From positions 4,800,001 to 4,864,000 of the forward strand of contig OZ240248.1 in assembly GCA_965198235.1 (NCBI GenBank): 64,000 bases of DNA, given 5' to 3'. This document shows, piece after piece, positions 10,198-20,177 of this stretch (position 1 is the stretch's first letter; each line of letters begins with the position of its first letter). Under the pieces are notes generated by a model. The model was given only the letters and a program-made list of their open reading frames with translations. It did not search any database and was not told the DNA's origin. A program made the translations under genes and the position numbers. Origin of the DNA: Candidatus Poribacteria bacterium. GTDB taxonomy: Bacteria; Poribacteria; WGA-4E; WGA-3G.

Positions 10198-11025
10198 ATG
10201 CGTCGAGTTATACTTTTTACGATATTGATAGCACTGTTTTCCGTGCTAACTTTTCTTGTGAACGCTGCGGATATTGAGGATGGACTTTGGATGTATCTAC
10301 CCTTGAACGAAGGGGCGGGACAACTGGTCGCTGACCACGGACCCAACGAATTCAAGACGGAACTCAGTAAAAGCGCACCGAAATGGGTTGATGCGAAGCA
10401 CGACGATATCGGAAAAGCCATGGAATTTGATGGCAAGGCGACCTTCGTCAAAATTGATATGGCGGGTCAGGGGAAAGACATAGATTCTCACTTTGACAAG
10501 AAGGACGGGATTACTATTTGTGCGTGGGTGAAGGTGTTAAAAGTCGGGACTGATGGCCACGGACAAACCCGTCAGCCCATCGTCATGAAAGGTGCCGGTG
10601 GGCAGTGGGAGTTTTCCCTCTATATCTATGACGACTTCGGTGCTGGTATGTCAGTTTGGACGTGTCCCGGTTCAGGGGTCTCAGAACCACACGGTGCAGG
10701 CACGGCGCCGCAAGGCAAGTGGATCCACCAATGCGGCACGTTTCAATTGGAGGAAGGTGTACGCGTTTACGTTGATGGCGAAAAAGATCCGGTCGCGCAA
10801 GCACCAGATAATGGCAACGGTCCCTGCGAGGCTGGAGATCGTCCTGTATTTATTGCCCACCGTGAGGATGGACAGTGGTTAAATGCAGTTATTGCTGAGG
10901 TCTATATGTGGGACCGCGTGATTGATGTTGATGAGATGAATCTCACTATGAACAACATTGGCGGATTGGCGGTTCAACCGGGAGGTAAACTGTCAACGAC
11001 CTGGGGCAACATAAAACGTCGCTGA
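10198..11025 (+). CDS. Secreted LamG-like jellyroll protein with C-terminal TTWG motif
   Basis: Signal peptide; AMEFDG, TICAWVK; ends AVQPGGKLSTTWGNIKRR. Confidence 0.85.
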   Translation: MRRVILFTILIALFSVLTFLVNAADIEDGLWMYLPLNEGAGQLVADHGPNEFKTELSKSAPKWVDAKHDDIGKAMEFDGKATFVKIDMAGQGKDIDSHFDKKDGITICAWVKVLKVGTDGHGQTRQPIVMKGAGGQWEFSLYIYDDFGAGMSVWTCPGSGVSEPHGAGTAPQGKWIHQCGTFQLEEGVRVYVDGEKDPVAQAPDNGNGPCEAGDRPVFIAHREDGQWLNAVIAEVYMWDRVIDVDEMNLTMNNIGGLAVQPGGKLSTTWGNIKRR

Positions 11026-11034
11026 CAGTTTTGA

Positions 11035-11059
11035 AAGGGCAGTTGAAAAACCGCCCCTT
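11035..11059. terminator. Hairpin between convergent genes (possible bidirectional terminator or REP)
   Basis: AAGGGC...GCCCCTT inverted repeat. Confidence 0.4.
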
Positions 11060-11073
11060 ATGTTCTTCTCTCT

Positions 11074-12576
11074 TCAGGGTTGCTCGTAGTATTCACCGAG
11101 ATGACTCGCAACCAGCGTCAAGTCTAAGATGTTTACTGTATTGTCTCCGTTAACATCAGCAGGCGTGGGTCCCTCCTGTCCGAAATTCAATCTCACCAAC
11201 ACCAGGTCTAAAATGTTAACGAAATTATCTTCGTTGACATCCCACGCGGGTGTCGATCGTTCAACTATCTCACTATCCGCGGTTTCCACAGGTGTGGGTT
11301 CAACTATCTCGCTATCTTCAGTTTCCACAGGTGTGGGTTCGACTGTCTCACCATCTTCAGTTTCCACAGGTGTGGGTTCAACTATCTCGCTATCTGCGGT
11401 TTCTGTAGGTGTGGGTTCAACTGTCTCACCATCTTCAGTTTCCACGGGTATGGGTTCAACTATCTCACCATCTTCGATCCTCACCGGCAGTGGTATCCCC
11501 TCACTACTCACAAGCATCACGTCATCAAGAGACAACATTGATGCCTTTGCGGCAACCACTTCAAATGCAATCGCCAGGAGAACCCCGTGTGTGCTCTCCG
11601 CTTTCATAGGGGCAGTCACGACGAAGGATACCCGATCTGACTCAACAGTTGCAGGAGCAGCAAAAACATCACCAGAGAGATAGGTCCCCTGCTGCCACAA
11701 AACGTAGCGAAGTGCCTCCGGGTCGAATTGGACTGATAACTGATAACCCCGGACGTTTTGCGCGTTGGCGACGACAACAGCGATACCAAATTGTTCTCCA
11801 ACATCAGGTGACTCGATTGACGCAGGCACGATCCTGACAATTGCCACAGTTTCGATGTCCAGCAACACAGCGAGTTCATTGATCCCATCAGGATCTTGGA
11901 GCAATACATGAAGATCCGGGTCGTTAATGAGGGTATTGACTTCAGGATCCTCCTTGAGAAGTATCAGAAATCTGTCATCAATCTCTGGGACAATTATTTC
12001 CAATAGATCTGGATTTTCGGCTATCAGTTTTATCATTGCGGGTCGTAAGAGTGCCTGTGTGTCCGGTTGCTTGAGTGTTGTGAGAACATCAGGGAGCAAT
12101 TCCTGAATGTCTTCGCGTTGAAAGAGGCGTTCATACCTTTCAAAGATCAGTGTTGCGAGAGAGGGTTTAGCGGCTTCAAGGAGATGTGTGAGTTCATCAA
12201 TCGCATCTGGCATTTGGAGTAAGGTTTGAACGTCCGGATCGCTGAATAAGACTCGGATGTCGGAGTCCTCTTGTTTTAGTAAGGTTATGAATTCATCACT
12301 GATCTCCGGGACGATTCTTTTCAGGAGGTCAGGGTTTTCCAGAACAGCCTCAATAAGAACAGGCGTTAGGAGCTTTTGATTCTCCGGTTTCTTGAGTTCG
12401 ACAAGGACCTCTGGTAGGACTGCTTGAACGTCTTCACTGAGCAGGATTGTTTGATGTTTCTGAAATACCTGCTCAGCGAGTGAGGGCATTTGGGCAGCGA
12501 TCTTCATTGCGAAGATTACACACATGCCTATGGTGAAAATAGATAAAAGGTGTTTTGAGAAAATACGAGACATCAT
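11074..12576 (-). CDS. Secreted protein: two ~105-aa helical repeats, cohesin domain, Glu/Thr/Pro linker and dockerin-like domain
   Basis: GYQLSVQFDPEAL cohesin-like segment; DVNEDNFVNILDL and DVNGDNTVNILDL EF-hand pair; start placed at MMSRIF. Confidence 0.8.
   Translation of the reverse strand: MMSRIFSKHLLSIFTIGMCVIFAMKIAAQMPSLAEQVFQKHQTILLSEDVQAVLPEVLVELKKPENQKLLTPVLIEAVLENPDLLKRIVPEISDEFITLLKQEDSDIRVLFSDPDVQTLLQMPDAIDELTHLLEAAKPSLATLIFERYERLFQREDIQELLPDVLTTLKQPDTQALLRPAMIKLIAENPDLLEIIVPEIDDRFLILLKEDPEVNTLINDPDLHVLLQDPDGINELAVLLDIETVAIVRIVPASIESPDVGEQFGIAVVVANAQNVRGYQLSVQFDPEALRYVLWQQGTYLSGDVFAAPATVESDRVSFVVTAPMKAESTHGVLLAIAFEVVAAKASMLSLDDVMLVSSEGIPLPVRIEDGEIVEPIPVETEDGETVEPTPTETADSEIVEPTPVETEDGETVEPTPVETEDSEIVEPTPVETADSEIVERSTPAWDVNEDNFVNILDLVLVRLNFGQEGPTPADVNGDNTVNILDLTLVASHLGEYYEQP
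11260..11475. repeat. 39-bp tandem repeat, 5.5 units (13-aa EPTPVETEDxExV linker)
   Basis: Units start at 11260, 11299, 11338, 11377, 11416 and 11455 (partial). Confidence 0.95.
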
Positions 12577-12826
12577 CTGAAGAAAATAGTAAACGTTACT
12601 TCGCTTTAACGCGATTTTAGAACAGAGCAATTTATAGTGCATTATAAAATAAATAGGTATTTCGAGAGAGCAGATCCGCCTCTCTATCGCTGGTGGGGTT
12701 TGTAACCCCATCGGTGTATCGTTTATAGATGTGTCGCAGCTTATGGGAAACCCGTAAACCGCGACAACATACTCACAAATATTAGTTCCGGGACGTGTCC
12801 GTGCGAAGGGACACGACCTATACCGG

Positions 12827-13609
12827 CTAAGCCATTATTTCTTCCGAAGTCGGATTCATTTTGAACCCGCCCGCCATAATGTTGTTGTAAGGTTCTTGCG
12901 GATCTCGCCCGACGGGTCGCATTTCAGGCTTATGGTATCCGAATCTAACGGCTTTTCGCCACTGATCTGTCCGATTGACTTCAGACCAGTGAATCAGGCA
13001 ATAACTGAAGAAAATGACATCCCCTGCTTTTGCCGGAATCGGAATCGAGTCAATGAAATCTGGGTGGAATTTATCAGTCGGCAGATGCGGTGCTGTTCCT
13101 TCACCTCTGATGTGTTCCCGGGGTCCCTCTTTATGGCTACTGGGGACAACCCGCAGGGCACCACTTTCAAAGGGAGCGTCGTCAAGATGGACGAGGCAAT
13201 CAACAAAGTCAAGTCCATCATGTGGATAGAAGGGGTAATCCTGGTGCATCGGAAACGGTGTCCCTTTTTCCGGCGGCTTTGCGTGTAACACGGTATGGTG
13301 CCATTGAATGGTATCACCGATGAGTGATTGCACCGCGCCCGTCAGCCGTTCGTGGAAAATCGCCCTACCCCATGCGGCGGAGTAGAAATGGGGGTTGTGC
13401 ATAAAGACAGCCTTTGTCGTCTGCTGGTCCTCCTCTTTGAGGTAGCGTGTGCGCCAAGGTCCGGGCCAACCGATTGTTTCCTGCCCCCAATTATTGATAA
13501 TCCGCACCATTTCAGATGCCAGTTCTTTCGTTTCCACTGGTGCGAAGAGTTGGTCTACCTTGAGATAACCGTTCTCATGGTAAAATTCGACCTGTTCTTG
13601 CGTTAGCAT
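12827..13609 (-). CDS. PhyH-family (phytanoyl-CoA dioxygenase-like) protein
   Basis: MHQDYP (HxD), GALRVVPSSH, distal IHWS. Confidence 0.92.
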   Translation of the reverse strand: MLTQEQVEFYHENGYLKVDQLFAPVETKELASEMVRIINNWGQETIGWPGPWRTRYLKEEDQQTTKAVFMHNPHFYSAAWGRAIFHERLTGAVQSLIGDTIQWHHTVLHAKPPEKGTPFPMHQDYPFYPHDGLDFVDCLVHLDDAPFESGALRVVPSSHKEGPREHIRGEGTAPHLPTDKFHPDFIDSIPIPAKAGDVIFFSYCLIHWSEVNRTDQWRKAVRFGYHKPEMRPVGRDPQEPYNNIMAGGFKMNPTSEEIMA

Positions 13610-13672
13610 GTTCAGACTCCTTATCGCTATTGAATGTTTCGCGCGAATGACAGAAACTGTTAGTTGCTCTAA

Positions 13673-13701
13673 ATTTTACTTTAAAACCGTATATTTGTCA
13701 A
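13673..13701 (-). promoter_or_regulatory. Sigma70-type promoter for the PhyH gene
   Basis: Minus-strand TTGACA-17 nt-TAAAAT. Confidence 0.65.
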
Positions 13702-14653
13702 TTTGCTTTTACGAGCAATCAGCAAGCAGCGGTCAGTAAGGTCGCGAGTATGTGGTGCGATTCAGAAATATAGAAAAGAAAATGTGGCGCGTTTCAGAGT
13801 ATTCAGAGTGGGCGGCGGAATATTGAGGTTATGCTAAGTGAACATTAACTTTCACGGAGGCTTCACGGAGGTTTTTATCGTCATAGGCGGGCCGTGGGTT
13901 CCCAAGATTCAACATACCCCTTCTCCGTGAAAAAACAGATGTGAAATTATATTTATCATATCGTATCAGTATTTTTTGAGACTATACGCTCTTATCTTTT
14001 AGGGTTAGTTCCTTAACTTAGGTGGGATATAAACAATTGGGTTGAGGGGTTCATCCTTACGCGATGCCCCTGCGATTTCGCTTCTTGAAAATACTTAACA
14101 GAAAAAAGCGTTGTGGTATCACCCGAAGATAGCCCCAGCGGAGCGATGGGTCTATACTGACATAGACAATCCGCTCAATCGCTGGGACGAGGACAACGTT
14201 AGTTCACATATCTCTAACAACATTTTGATTAAAATAATTTTCTGATATGTTATCTTAGTGAAGTGCTGTGTGAGAACGTCGCATCGCACACCTCATGAAA
14301 AACGGCCCCTCCTTGCTTATAAAATTTCATAGCAGGTATGAAAGAAATCTTTGTCGAAAATCGGGAAAAGTCCAGTTGTGGCATAGGTTTACAGCTTTTT
14401 CTAAAATCTGCCCTTTTCTGATTTTGCTATGAAAACTGTGAAACGCTCGCGATCCCTTTTCGGAATTATTCACCGATAGAGAGGAGATGCTATAGCCATT
14501 CGATTTGCTGTCGATTCTATGAAATAAGTCGGGATCCGGAGATCCCTCCTACGGTAGAACTGAATGACTCTGGCACACCTAAAACAAATGCTTGCATTAA
14601 TGTGCAATCTATTGTATGATAGTCGCATCCCGTATCAAGGAGAAAAGGAAGCA

Positions 14654-16159
14654 ATGAGTCTTTTGGGTATAGATGTTGGAACAACGGGGTGTAAGGTTAT
14701 CGCCTTTCGCGAAAATGGGACGACTCTCGCACAGGCGTATGGCGAGTATCCGTTGATCCATCCGCAACCCGGTTGGTCAGAACTGGACGCGAATGCCGTC
14801 TGGGAAAATATATCGGCTGGCATTCAACAGGTTGCATCACAAACGAAATCCGATCCAATTGAGGCAATCAGTGTCGCTTCACAAGGTGAAGCGGTAACAC
14901 CAGTATCCGCCGATGGACAGATTTTAGCAAACGCAATCACCACTTTCGATGCTCGGACAACCGGCATCTGTGATAGGTTGAAGCAACAGATAACGCCTTT
15001 AGAGGTAATGGAAATCACTGGCATGCCAATGAGCGATATTCATACCTTGGCGAAACTTATCTGGATGCAGCAGAATCAACCTGACCTCTACCGACAGGTA
15101 TGGAAATTCCTCGGTTTTGAGGATTTCGTCTATTTCAAACTCGGTGTCCCGCCGGTGGTGGACTACTCTCTCGCTGCGCGCACGATGGCATTTGACATTA
15201 TCAACAAGGCTTGGTCAGAAAAAATGTTCGGCTTGGCAGATGTAGACACCGCACTCTTTCCAGACGCGGCACCATCGGGTACACCGATTGGTGAGGTTAG
15301 CACGAAGGTCGCTGATGAGCTCGGTCTCCCGCAAGGCGTGGTATGCGTTACGGGTGGACATGATCAGCCGTGCGGTGCCTTAGGTGCGGGGATTATTCGG
15401 AGCGGCGAGGTGATGGACGCAACTGGCACCGTTGAATGTATCGCACCTGCTTTCACAGAACCCGTCATCAACCAAGACATGATAGATGGGAATTTCGCCT
15501 GTTATCCGCACGTTGTTGATGGGTTGTATGTCACACTGGGGTTTGTATCCAGTGGCGGCGTTGTGCTGCGATGGTTTAGAGATACACTCGCGCAAGCAGA
15601 AGTCGCCCAAGCAGAGGCAGAAGGACGCGATGTCTACGATTTACTGATGGAGGCACTCCCTGATTCTTCTGGGACAGCGATGGTGCTGCCACACTTCACC
15701 GGTTCAGGCACGCCCCATCTTGATCTCGAATCGAAGGGAGCAATTGTCGGGTTGACGCTTTCGACCACGAAAGGCGAGCTTATCAAAGGGATTCTGGAAG
15801 GTATTAGCTACGAAATTAAACAAAATCTCGCTATGCTTCAAGACGCAGGGGTTGTGATAAACGAGGTGCGTGCCATCGGTGGCGGCGCGAAATCCGAAAA
15901 ATGGCTCCAACTCAAAGCGGATATGTTTGGGAAAAAGGTGATTGCCCTTGATATATCGGAGGGTGTCTGTCTCGGCACCGCTATCCTTTCTGGTACAGCA
16001 ATAGGCAAGTATGATTCCATTGAAACGGCGGTCGAGCAGTTGGTCACGCCACGCGATGTGTACTATCCACGTGAGGAGTTCGCGCAGCGTTACGATGAGA
16101 AGTTGAAAGCCTATGAACAGATTTATCCCGCACTTCGCGCCCTGAATTACCAGTTATAG
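14654..16159 (+). CDS. FGGY-family carbohydrate kinase (xylulokinase-like)
   Basis: GIDVGTTGCK, GGHDQPCGALGAG, GGGAKSEKWLQ. Confidence 0.9.
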   Translation: MSLLGIDVGTTGCKVIAFRENGTTLAQAYGEYPLIHPQPGWSELDANAVWENISAGIQQVASQTKSDPIEAISVASQGEAVTPVSADGQILANAITTFDARTTGICDRLKQQITPLEVMEITGMPMSDIHTLAKLIWMQQNQPDLYRQVWKFLGFEDFVYFKLGVPPVVDYSLAARTMAFDIINKAWSEKMFGLADVDTALFPDAAPSGTPIGEVSTKVADELGLPQGVVCVTGGHDQPCGALGAGIIRSGEVMDATGTVECIAPAFTEPVINQDMIDGNFACYPHVVDGLYVTLGFVSSGGVVLRWFRDTLAQAEVAQAEAEGRDVYDLLMEALPDSSGTAMVLPHFTGSGTPHLDLESKGAIVGLTLSTTKGELIKGILEGISYEIKQNLAMLQDAGVVINEVRAIGGGAKSEKWLQLKADMFGKKVIALDISEGVCLGTAILSGTAIGKYDSIETAVEQLVTPRDVYYPREEFAQRYDEKLKAYEQIYPALRALNYQL

Positions 16160-16201
16160 ACTCTATTTTATTTTAATGTGTGCCTATGGGAAAGCCGATT
16201 T

Positions 16202-17170
16202 ATGAAGGAATATGTTGTAGGTATTGACATCGGTGGGACGAAACTCGCTACTGTTGTGGCTGATAAGACCGGACATATCCTCGGCAAGGTGCGTAAACCG
16301 ACACTCTCAGAAAAGGGACCGGAATATGCAATCGGCTTGCTGTTTGATATGGTTCGTGAGGCTGTCAGTCAAGTTGGCTTGGAACAGGCATCTATTTCAG
16401 CGATAGGCGTGAGTTGTGGCGGTCCGTTGGATACGAAAACTGGGATTGTCTATTCGCCTCCGAATTTACCCGGATGGGACGCACTACCGCTTAAGGCACG
16501 GCTGGAATCCGAATTTCAGGTGCCGGTAATGATTGAGAACGACGCGAATGCCAGTGCGCTCGCAGAGTTCAGGTTTGGCGGTGGACGCGGCTACAATGCC
16601 GTCCTCTATATGACGATGAGTACAGGAATCGGGGGTGGTATTGTTATTGACGGGCAGGTTTACCACGGAGCCAACGACAGTGCCGGTGAGGTAGGGCATC
16701 AGATACTTCTACCGAATGGGCCGCGCTGCGGATGTGGTAAACAGGGATGCCTTGAGGCACTCTGCTCCGGTCCTGCTATCGCACGCCGCGCACAAGCCGC
16801 GATACAAAAGCAACTTGCGGGTGAAAAGGTATCAACAGCAATGTTACCCCTTGCCAATGGACGTATTGAAGATGTCAAGTCGGAGCATGTACTCGCGGCG
16901 GCGCGCATGGGTGATGCTTTAGCTTTGGAACTTGTTCAGGAGACAGCGTATTACATGGGTTGGGGTATCGCAAATTTGGTCAACATCTTAAACCCCGACA
17001 TCGTTTTACTCGGAACTATCGCAGTTGCCGCTGGCGATCTTTTGCTCGACCCGATTCGGGAGACGGTTTTGAAGTTCGCTATGCCCCGCTCCGCAGAAGC
17101 GGTTAATATCGCGCCTGCCCAATTAGGTGATGCGTTGGGTGACCTCGCTGCCGTCGCATTAGTCGTCTGA
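16202..17170 (+). CDS. ROK-family sugar kinase (glucokinase-like)
   Basis: GIDIGGT, ENDANA, GEVGH, CGCGKQGCLE. Confidence 0.92.
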   Translation: MKEYVVGIDIGGTKLATVVADKTGHILGKVRKPTLSEKGPEYAIGLLFDMVREAVSQVGLEQASISAIGVSCGGPLDTKTGIVYSPPNLPGWDALPLKARLESEFQVPVMIENDANASALAEFRFGGGRGYNAVLYMTMSTGIGGGIVIDGQVYHGANDSAGEVGHQILLPNGPRCGCGKQGCLEALCSGPAIARRAQAAIQKQLAGEKVSTAMLPLANGRIEDVKSEHVLAAARMGDALALELVQETAYYMGWGIANLVNILNPDIVLLGTIAVAAGDLLLDPIRETVLKFAMPRSAEAVNIAPAQLGDALGDLAAVALVV

Positions 17171-17217
17171 AAATTGCTTACTATCTACTCGCTTATGTCG
17201 GATTGGAAAGGAACGAA

Positions 17218-17781
17218 ATGGAGAGAATTCAGAGTTATATTTCGCATCTGCAAGGTGTTTTGGAGCGGCTCACATTGGCAGATGTACGGCGTTCTATAGA
17301 TGTGATAATGGAAGCATATTACGCCGAAAAGCAAATTTTTGTGATTGGTAACGGTGGAAGTGCTTCTACAGCATCACATATTGCCTGTGACTTAGGAAAA
17401 GGCACAAGTGTCCCTGACAAATCCCGTTTTCGTGTTATTAGTTTAACGGATAACGTCGCAACAATGACCGCCTGGTCAAACGATGTATCTTATGAAGATG
17501 TTTTTGTCGAGCAACTGAAAAACCTTGTGAATCCGGGAGATGTTGTTATCGGTATCAGTGCGAGCGGCAATTCAGAGAATGTGCTCCGGGCAATGCGACA
17601 CGCTAAAGAGATTGAATGTCCAACAATCGGGTGGAGTGGCTTCGATGGTGGTGCCTTGGCAGCGATTTGTGATGTGAACGTCGTTGTGGATAGCGATCGC
17701 TATGGTCCCGTTGAGGATGTCCATCTTATCCTGAATCATGTCCTTCACGCATGGATCCAAGAAGAGTTCACATCAAGTTGA
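17218..17781 (+). CDS. SIS-domain protein, phosphoheptose isomerase (GmhA)-like
   Basis: GNGGSAS, ISASGNSEN and EDVH motifs. Confidence 0.85.
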   Translation: MERIQSYISHLQGVLERLTLADVRRSIDVIMEAYYAEKQIFVIGNGGSASTASHIACDLGKGTSVPDKSRFRVISLTDNVATMTAWSNDVSYEDVFVEQLKNLVNPGDVVIGISASGNSENVLRAMRHAKEIECPTIGWSGFDGGALAAICDVNVVVDSDRYGPVEDVHLILNHVLHAWIQEEFTSS

Positions 17782-17794
17782 ATTACAATCGGTC

Positions 17795-17824
17795 TTGACG
17801 TTTACCGTCGTCTTGGGGTATAAT
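17795..17824 (+). promoter_or_regulatory. Sigma70-type promoter for the nfeD/floA operon
   Basis: TTGACG-18 nt-TATAAT. Confidence 0.6.
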
Positions 17825-17915
17825 TAAATTAGTTACCGATCATTTAAACAATTACGCAAAAAATATTTTTCTTCTCTTTTCTTATTGGTACCAAAAACCG
17901 AGCCTGAAATGAAAT

Positions 17916-17985
17916 GGAAGGCGGATATACGGAAAGGCACTCCCAATGTACAACCCACTTTACCGAACCGCAAGGAAAATTAAAA
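17916..17985 (+). repeat. ~70-nt gene-start element (GCGGATATACGG...ACCGAACCGCAAGGWAAATTAA)
   Basis: Copies at 25116-25187, 46787-46860 and 60018-60086; 3' half only at 57960-57979; partial inverted copy near 27211-27228. Confidence 0.85.
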
Positions 17986-19478
17986 GACTGGTTTACGTGT
18001 TCCTTTTTATCGGATGTCTCTTCATGAACGGCGATCTGTCCGCTCAAGACGCCGCGCTGGTTTACGTGATTGACATTCGGAACGAGATCGGAAGCGGACT
18101 CGGCACCTACATCAGTGATAGTATTCAAATGGCAGAGGAGGCTGGTGCCGATGCTATTGTTTTTGATGTGGATACACCGGGGGGTAGGGTAGATTCCGCC
18201 ATAAATATCATCCGATCCATTCAGGATACACAAATTCCCACAATCGCCTTTGTCAATCGACAGGCTATATCTGCGGGAGCGATGATTTCTATCGCTTGCA
18301 ATCAGATTGTTATGACTTCGGGAGGGACGATCGGCGATTCTGCGCCTGTTAATATTCAAGGGGAGGAGGTTGGAGAAAAGGCAATCTCCTATATTCAGGG
18401 AACTATCCGTGCGACGGCAGAACGCGAGAATCGAAATCCTGATATTGCCGAAGCGATGGTAGACAAAGAACTCGTCCTCGTTAAACTCACAGATGGTCAG
18501 ATTATTAAACTTCTGCCCGAAGAATACGCTGCGCGTAATGAAAACGGTGAAGAGATGGAAATCCTCTGTGCCCAAGGAAAGCTGCTCACCTTATCCACCC
18601 AACAGGCATTAGAATACGGGTTCGCAGACGCGCAAGCCGAAACCCTCACAGAACTATTGGCACAATACGAGATTGTCGAGGTTAATGGAACCAAACTCCC
18701 TCTAACAGAAGATGGCATCGCGCGACGAGAGCAGGATTTTGGTGTTTCAGAAATCAACCGTCTGAAAACGTTAGCTGGTGCACGTATTACCGAGGTTGAG
18801 GCGACGCTTGCGGATAGGATCGTTTTCTTTATCACGAATCCGCTTATCAGTTCGCTTCTCCTTTCGTTAGGAATCCTCGGTATCTTTATAGAGATTCGCA
18901 CGCCCGGCTTCGGTATCCCCGGATTCCTCGGTTTACTTTGTGTAGGACTTTTCTTCGGCGGACACATGTTGACGAAAATCGGTGCGGAATGGGCATTCCT
19001 ACTCTTCCTCATCGGACTTGGACTCATCGCCTTGGAGGTCTTTGTGATCCCTGGCTTCGGTGTTGCTGGAATTCTCGGTATTACGTTGATGATGGGAAGC
19101 ATTTTCTTCGTTTTCGACAAGGCTTACGAATTCCGTACCGCGGTTATGTGGCTCTCGATCTCTGTGATTTTGACTGCTGGATTGGCGATTCTCGCCGCTT
19201 TTCTCCTGCCTGAGACGCAGCTTTTTCAGAGGTTCGCTTTGTCAACAGTGATGGATACTGAGATGGGGTACCACTCGTCGAGTTCCGAGGATTTTCAGGC
19301 GTATCTCGGAAAATTTGGGACAGCCCTAACGCCTCTGCGTCCCTCTGGAACGGCTCGAATCGCCAATAATAGGGTGGATGTCGTCACCGTCGGCGATTTC
19401 ATTGCACCAGATAGCAACGTCAAAGTCGTAAGTGTTGAAGGCTCTAAGGTCTTCGTAGAAGCGGTTGAGGATGATTAA
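17946..19478 (+). CDS. nfeD: NfeD long form (ClpP-like serine protease domain, TM region, OB fold; YqeZ-like)
   Basis: DTPGGRVD, AISAGA, TM block, GTALTPLRPSG. The start is uncertain because it lies inside the repeat element. Confidence 0.9.
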   Translation: MYNPLYRTARKIKRLVYVFLFIGCLFMNGDLSAQDAALVYVIDIRNEIGSGLGTYISDSIQMAEEAGADAIVFDVDTPGGRVDSAINIIRSIQDTQIPTIAFVNRQAISAGAMISIACNQIVMTSGGTIGDSAPVNIQGEEVGEKAISYIQGTIRATAERENRNPDIAEAMVDKELVLVKLTDGQIIKLLPEEYAARNENGEEMEILCAQGKLLTLSTQQALEYGFADAQAETLTELLAQYEIVEVNGTKLPLTEDGIARREQDFGVSEINRLKTLAGARITEVEATLADRIVFFITNPLISSLLLSLGILGIFIEIRTPGFGIPGFLGLLCVGLFFGGHMLTKIGAEWAFLLFLIGLGLIALEVFVIPGFGVAGILGITLMMGSIFFVFDKAYEFRTAVMWLSISVILTAGLAILAAFLLPETQLFQRFALSTVMDTEMGYHSSSSEDFQAYLGKFGTALTPLRPSGTARIANNRVDVVTVGDFIAPDSNVKVVSVEGSKVFVEAVEDD

Positions 19479-19627
19479 TTTTTTGCTCAGTCGATATGTC
19501 CTATAATTGTGACAACTCAGAGAATCTTGTCTGAGGTTTTCTGTGTAAGTCAAGCGGTTCAGGCATGCCATAGCGATATGGCAGTATCTGCTGCCCCGTA
19601 CCATAGATGCGGTTCGGAGGAACAACT

Positions 19628-20113
19628 ATGATATGGTTTCTCATCTTCCTGATAGGCATTGGAATTCTGTTAGTATTTATTGAGTTGCTCATTCTTCCAG
19701 GTTTTGGAGCAGCAGGTGTGCCGGGGTGTCTCCTTATATTGGTAGGGGTCGGGGTCGCTTGGTGGAAATTCGGATTCCAGATGGCTCTAACTTATACGGG
19801 GGCAACGCTGGTAGGCGTTATTCCACTGGCGATTGTGGGGCTATCGGTCATGCGTGCAACGCCTGCTGGTAAAACCTTTATCTTGGGGACCACGCAAGAT
19901 AAGGCAGAGGGCTTCCACGCACCTCCGTCGGAATTGGCGAGTTTAGTTGGAAAATCTGGTAAGGCATTGACACCACTACGACCGGCAGGGGCTGCGCTCA
20001 TCAGTGGACACCGAGTTGATATTGTCACACAAGGCGAATTCGTTCCTGCAGAAACCGAAATCGAAGTGATTTTTGTCGAAGGCAGTCGTGTCGTAGTCCG
20101 TAGTTTACAGTAG
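19628..20113 (+). CDS. NfeD short form (TM + OB fold)
   Basis: ELLILPGFG and GKALTPLRPAG; GGAGG RBS. Confidence 0.85.
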   Translation: MIWFLIFLIGIGILLVFIELLILPGFGAAGVPGCLLILVGVGVAWWKFGFQMALTYTGATLVGVIPLAIVGLSVMRATPAGKTFILGTTQDKAEGFHAPPSELASLVGKSGKALTPLRPAGAALISGHRVDIVTQGEFVPAETEIEVIFVEGSRVVVRSLQ

Positions 20114-20177
20114 ACATACTTATGTTTGTAGGTGTGCTTTCTAAGCGCACATGCTACAAATAGGTAGGAGGCAGATA

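Noticed and set aside
11260-11475. 39-bp periodic array as a possible CRISPR
   Set aside because: Units are contiguous with no unique spacers, keep frame and encode a protein linker; no cas genes in the window.
12577-12711. Upstream extension of the cohesin gene (MGLQTPP...)
   Set aside because: Starts within an intergenic REP; a signal-peptide-like sequence begins only at MMSRIF.
17844-19120. 243-aa and 207-aa minus-strand ORFs
   Set aside because: Antisense shadows of nfeD.
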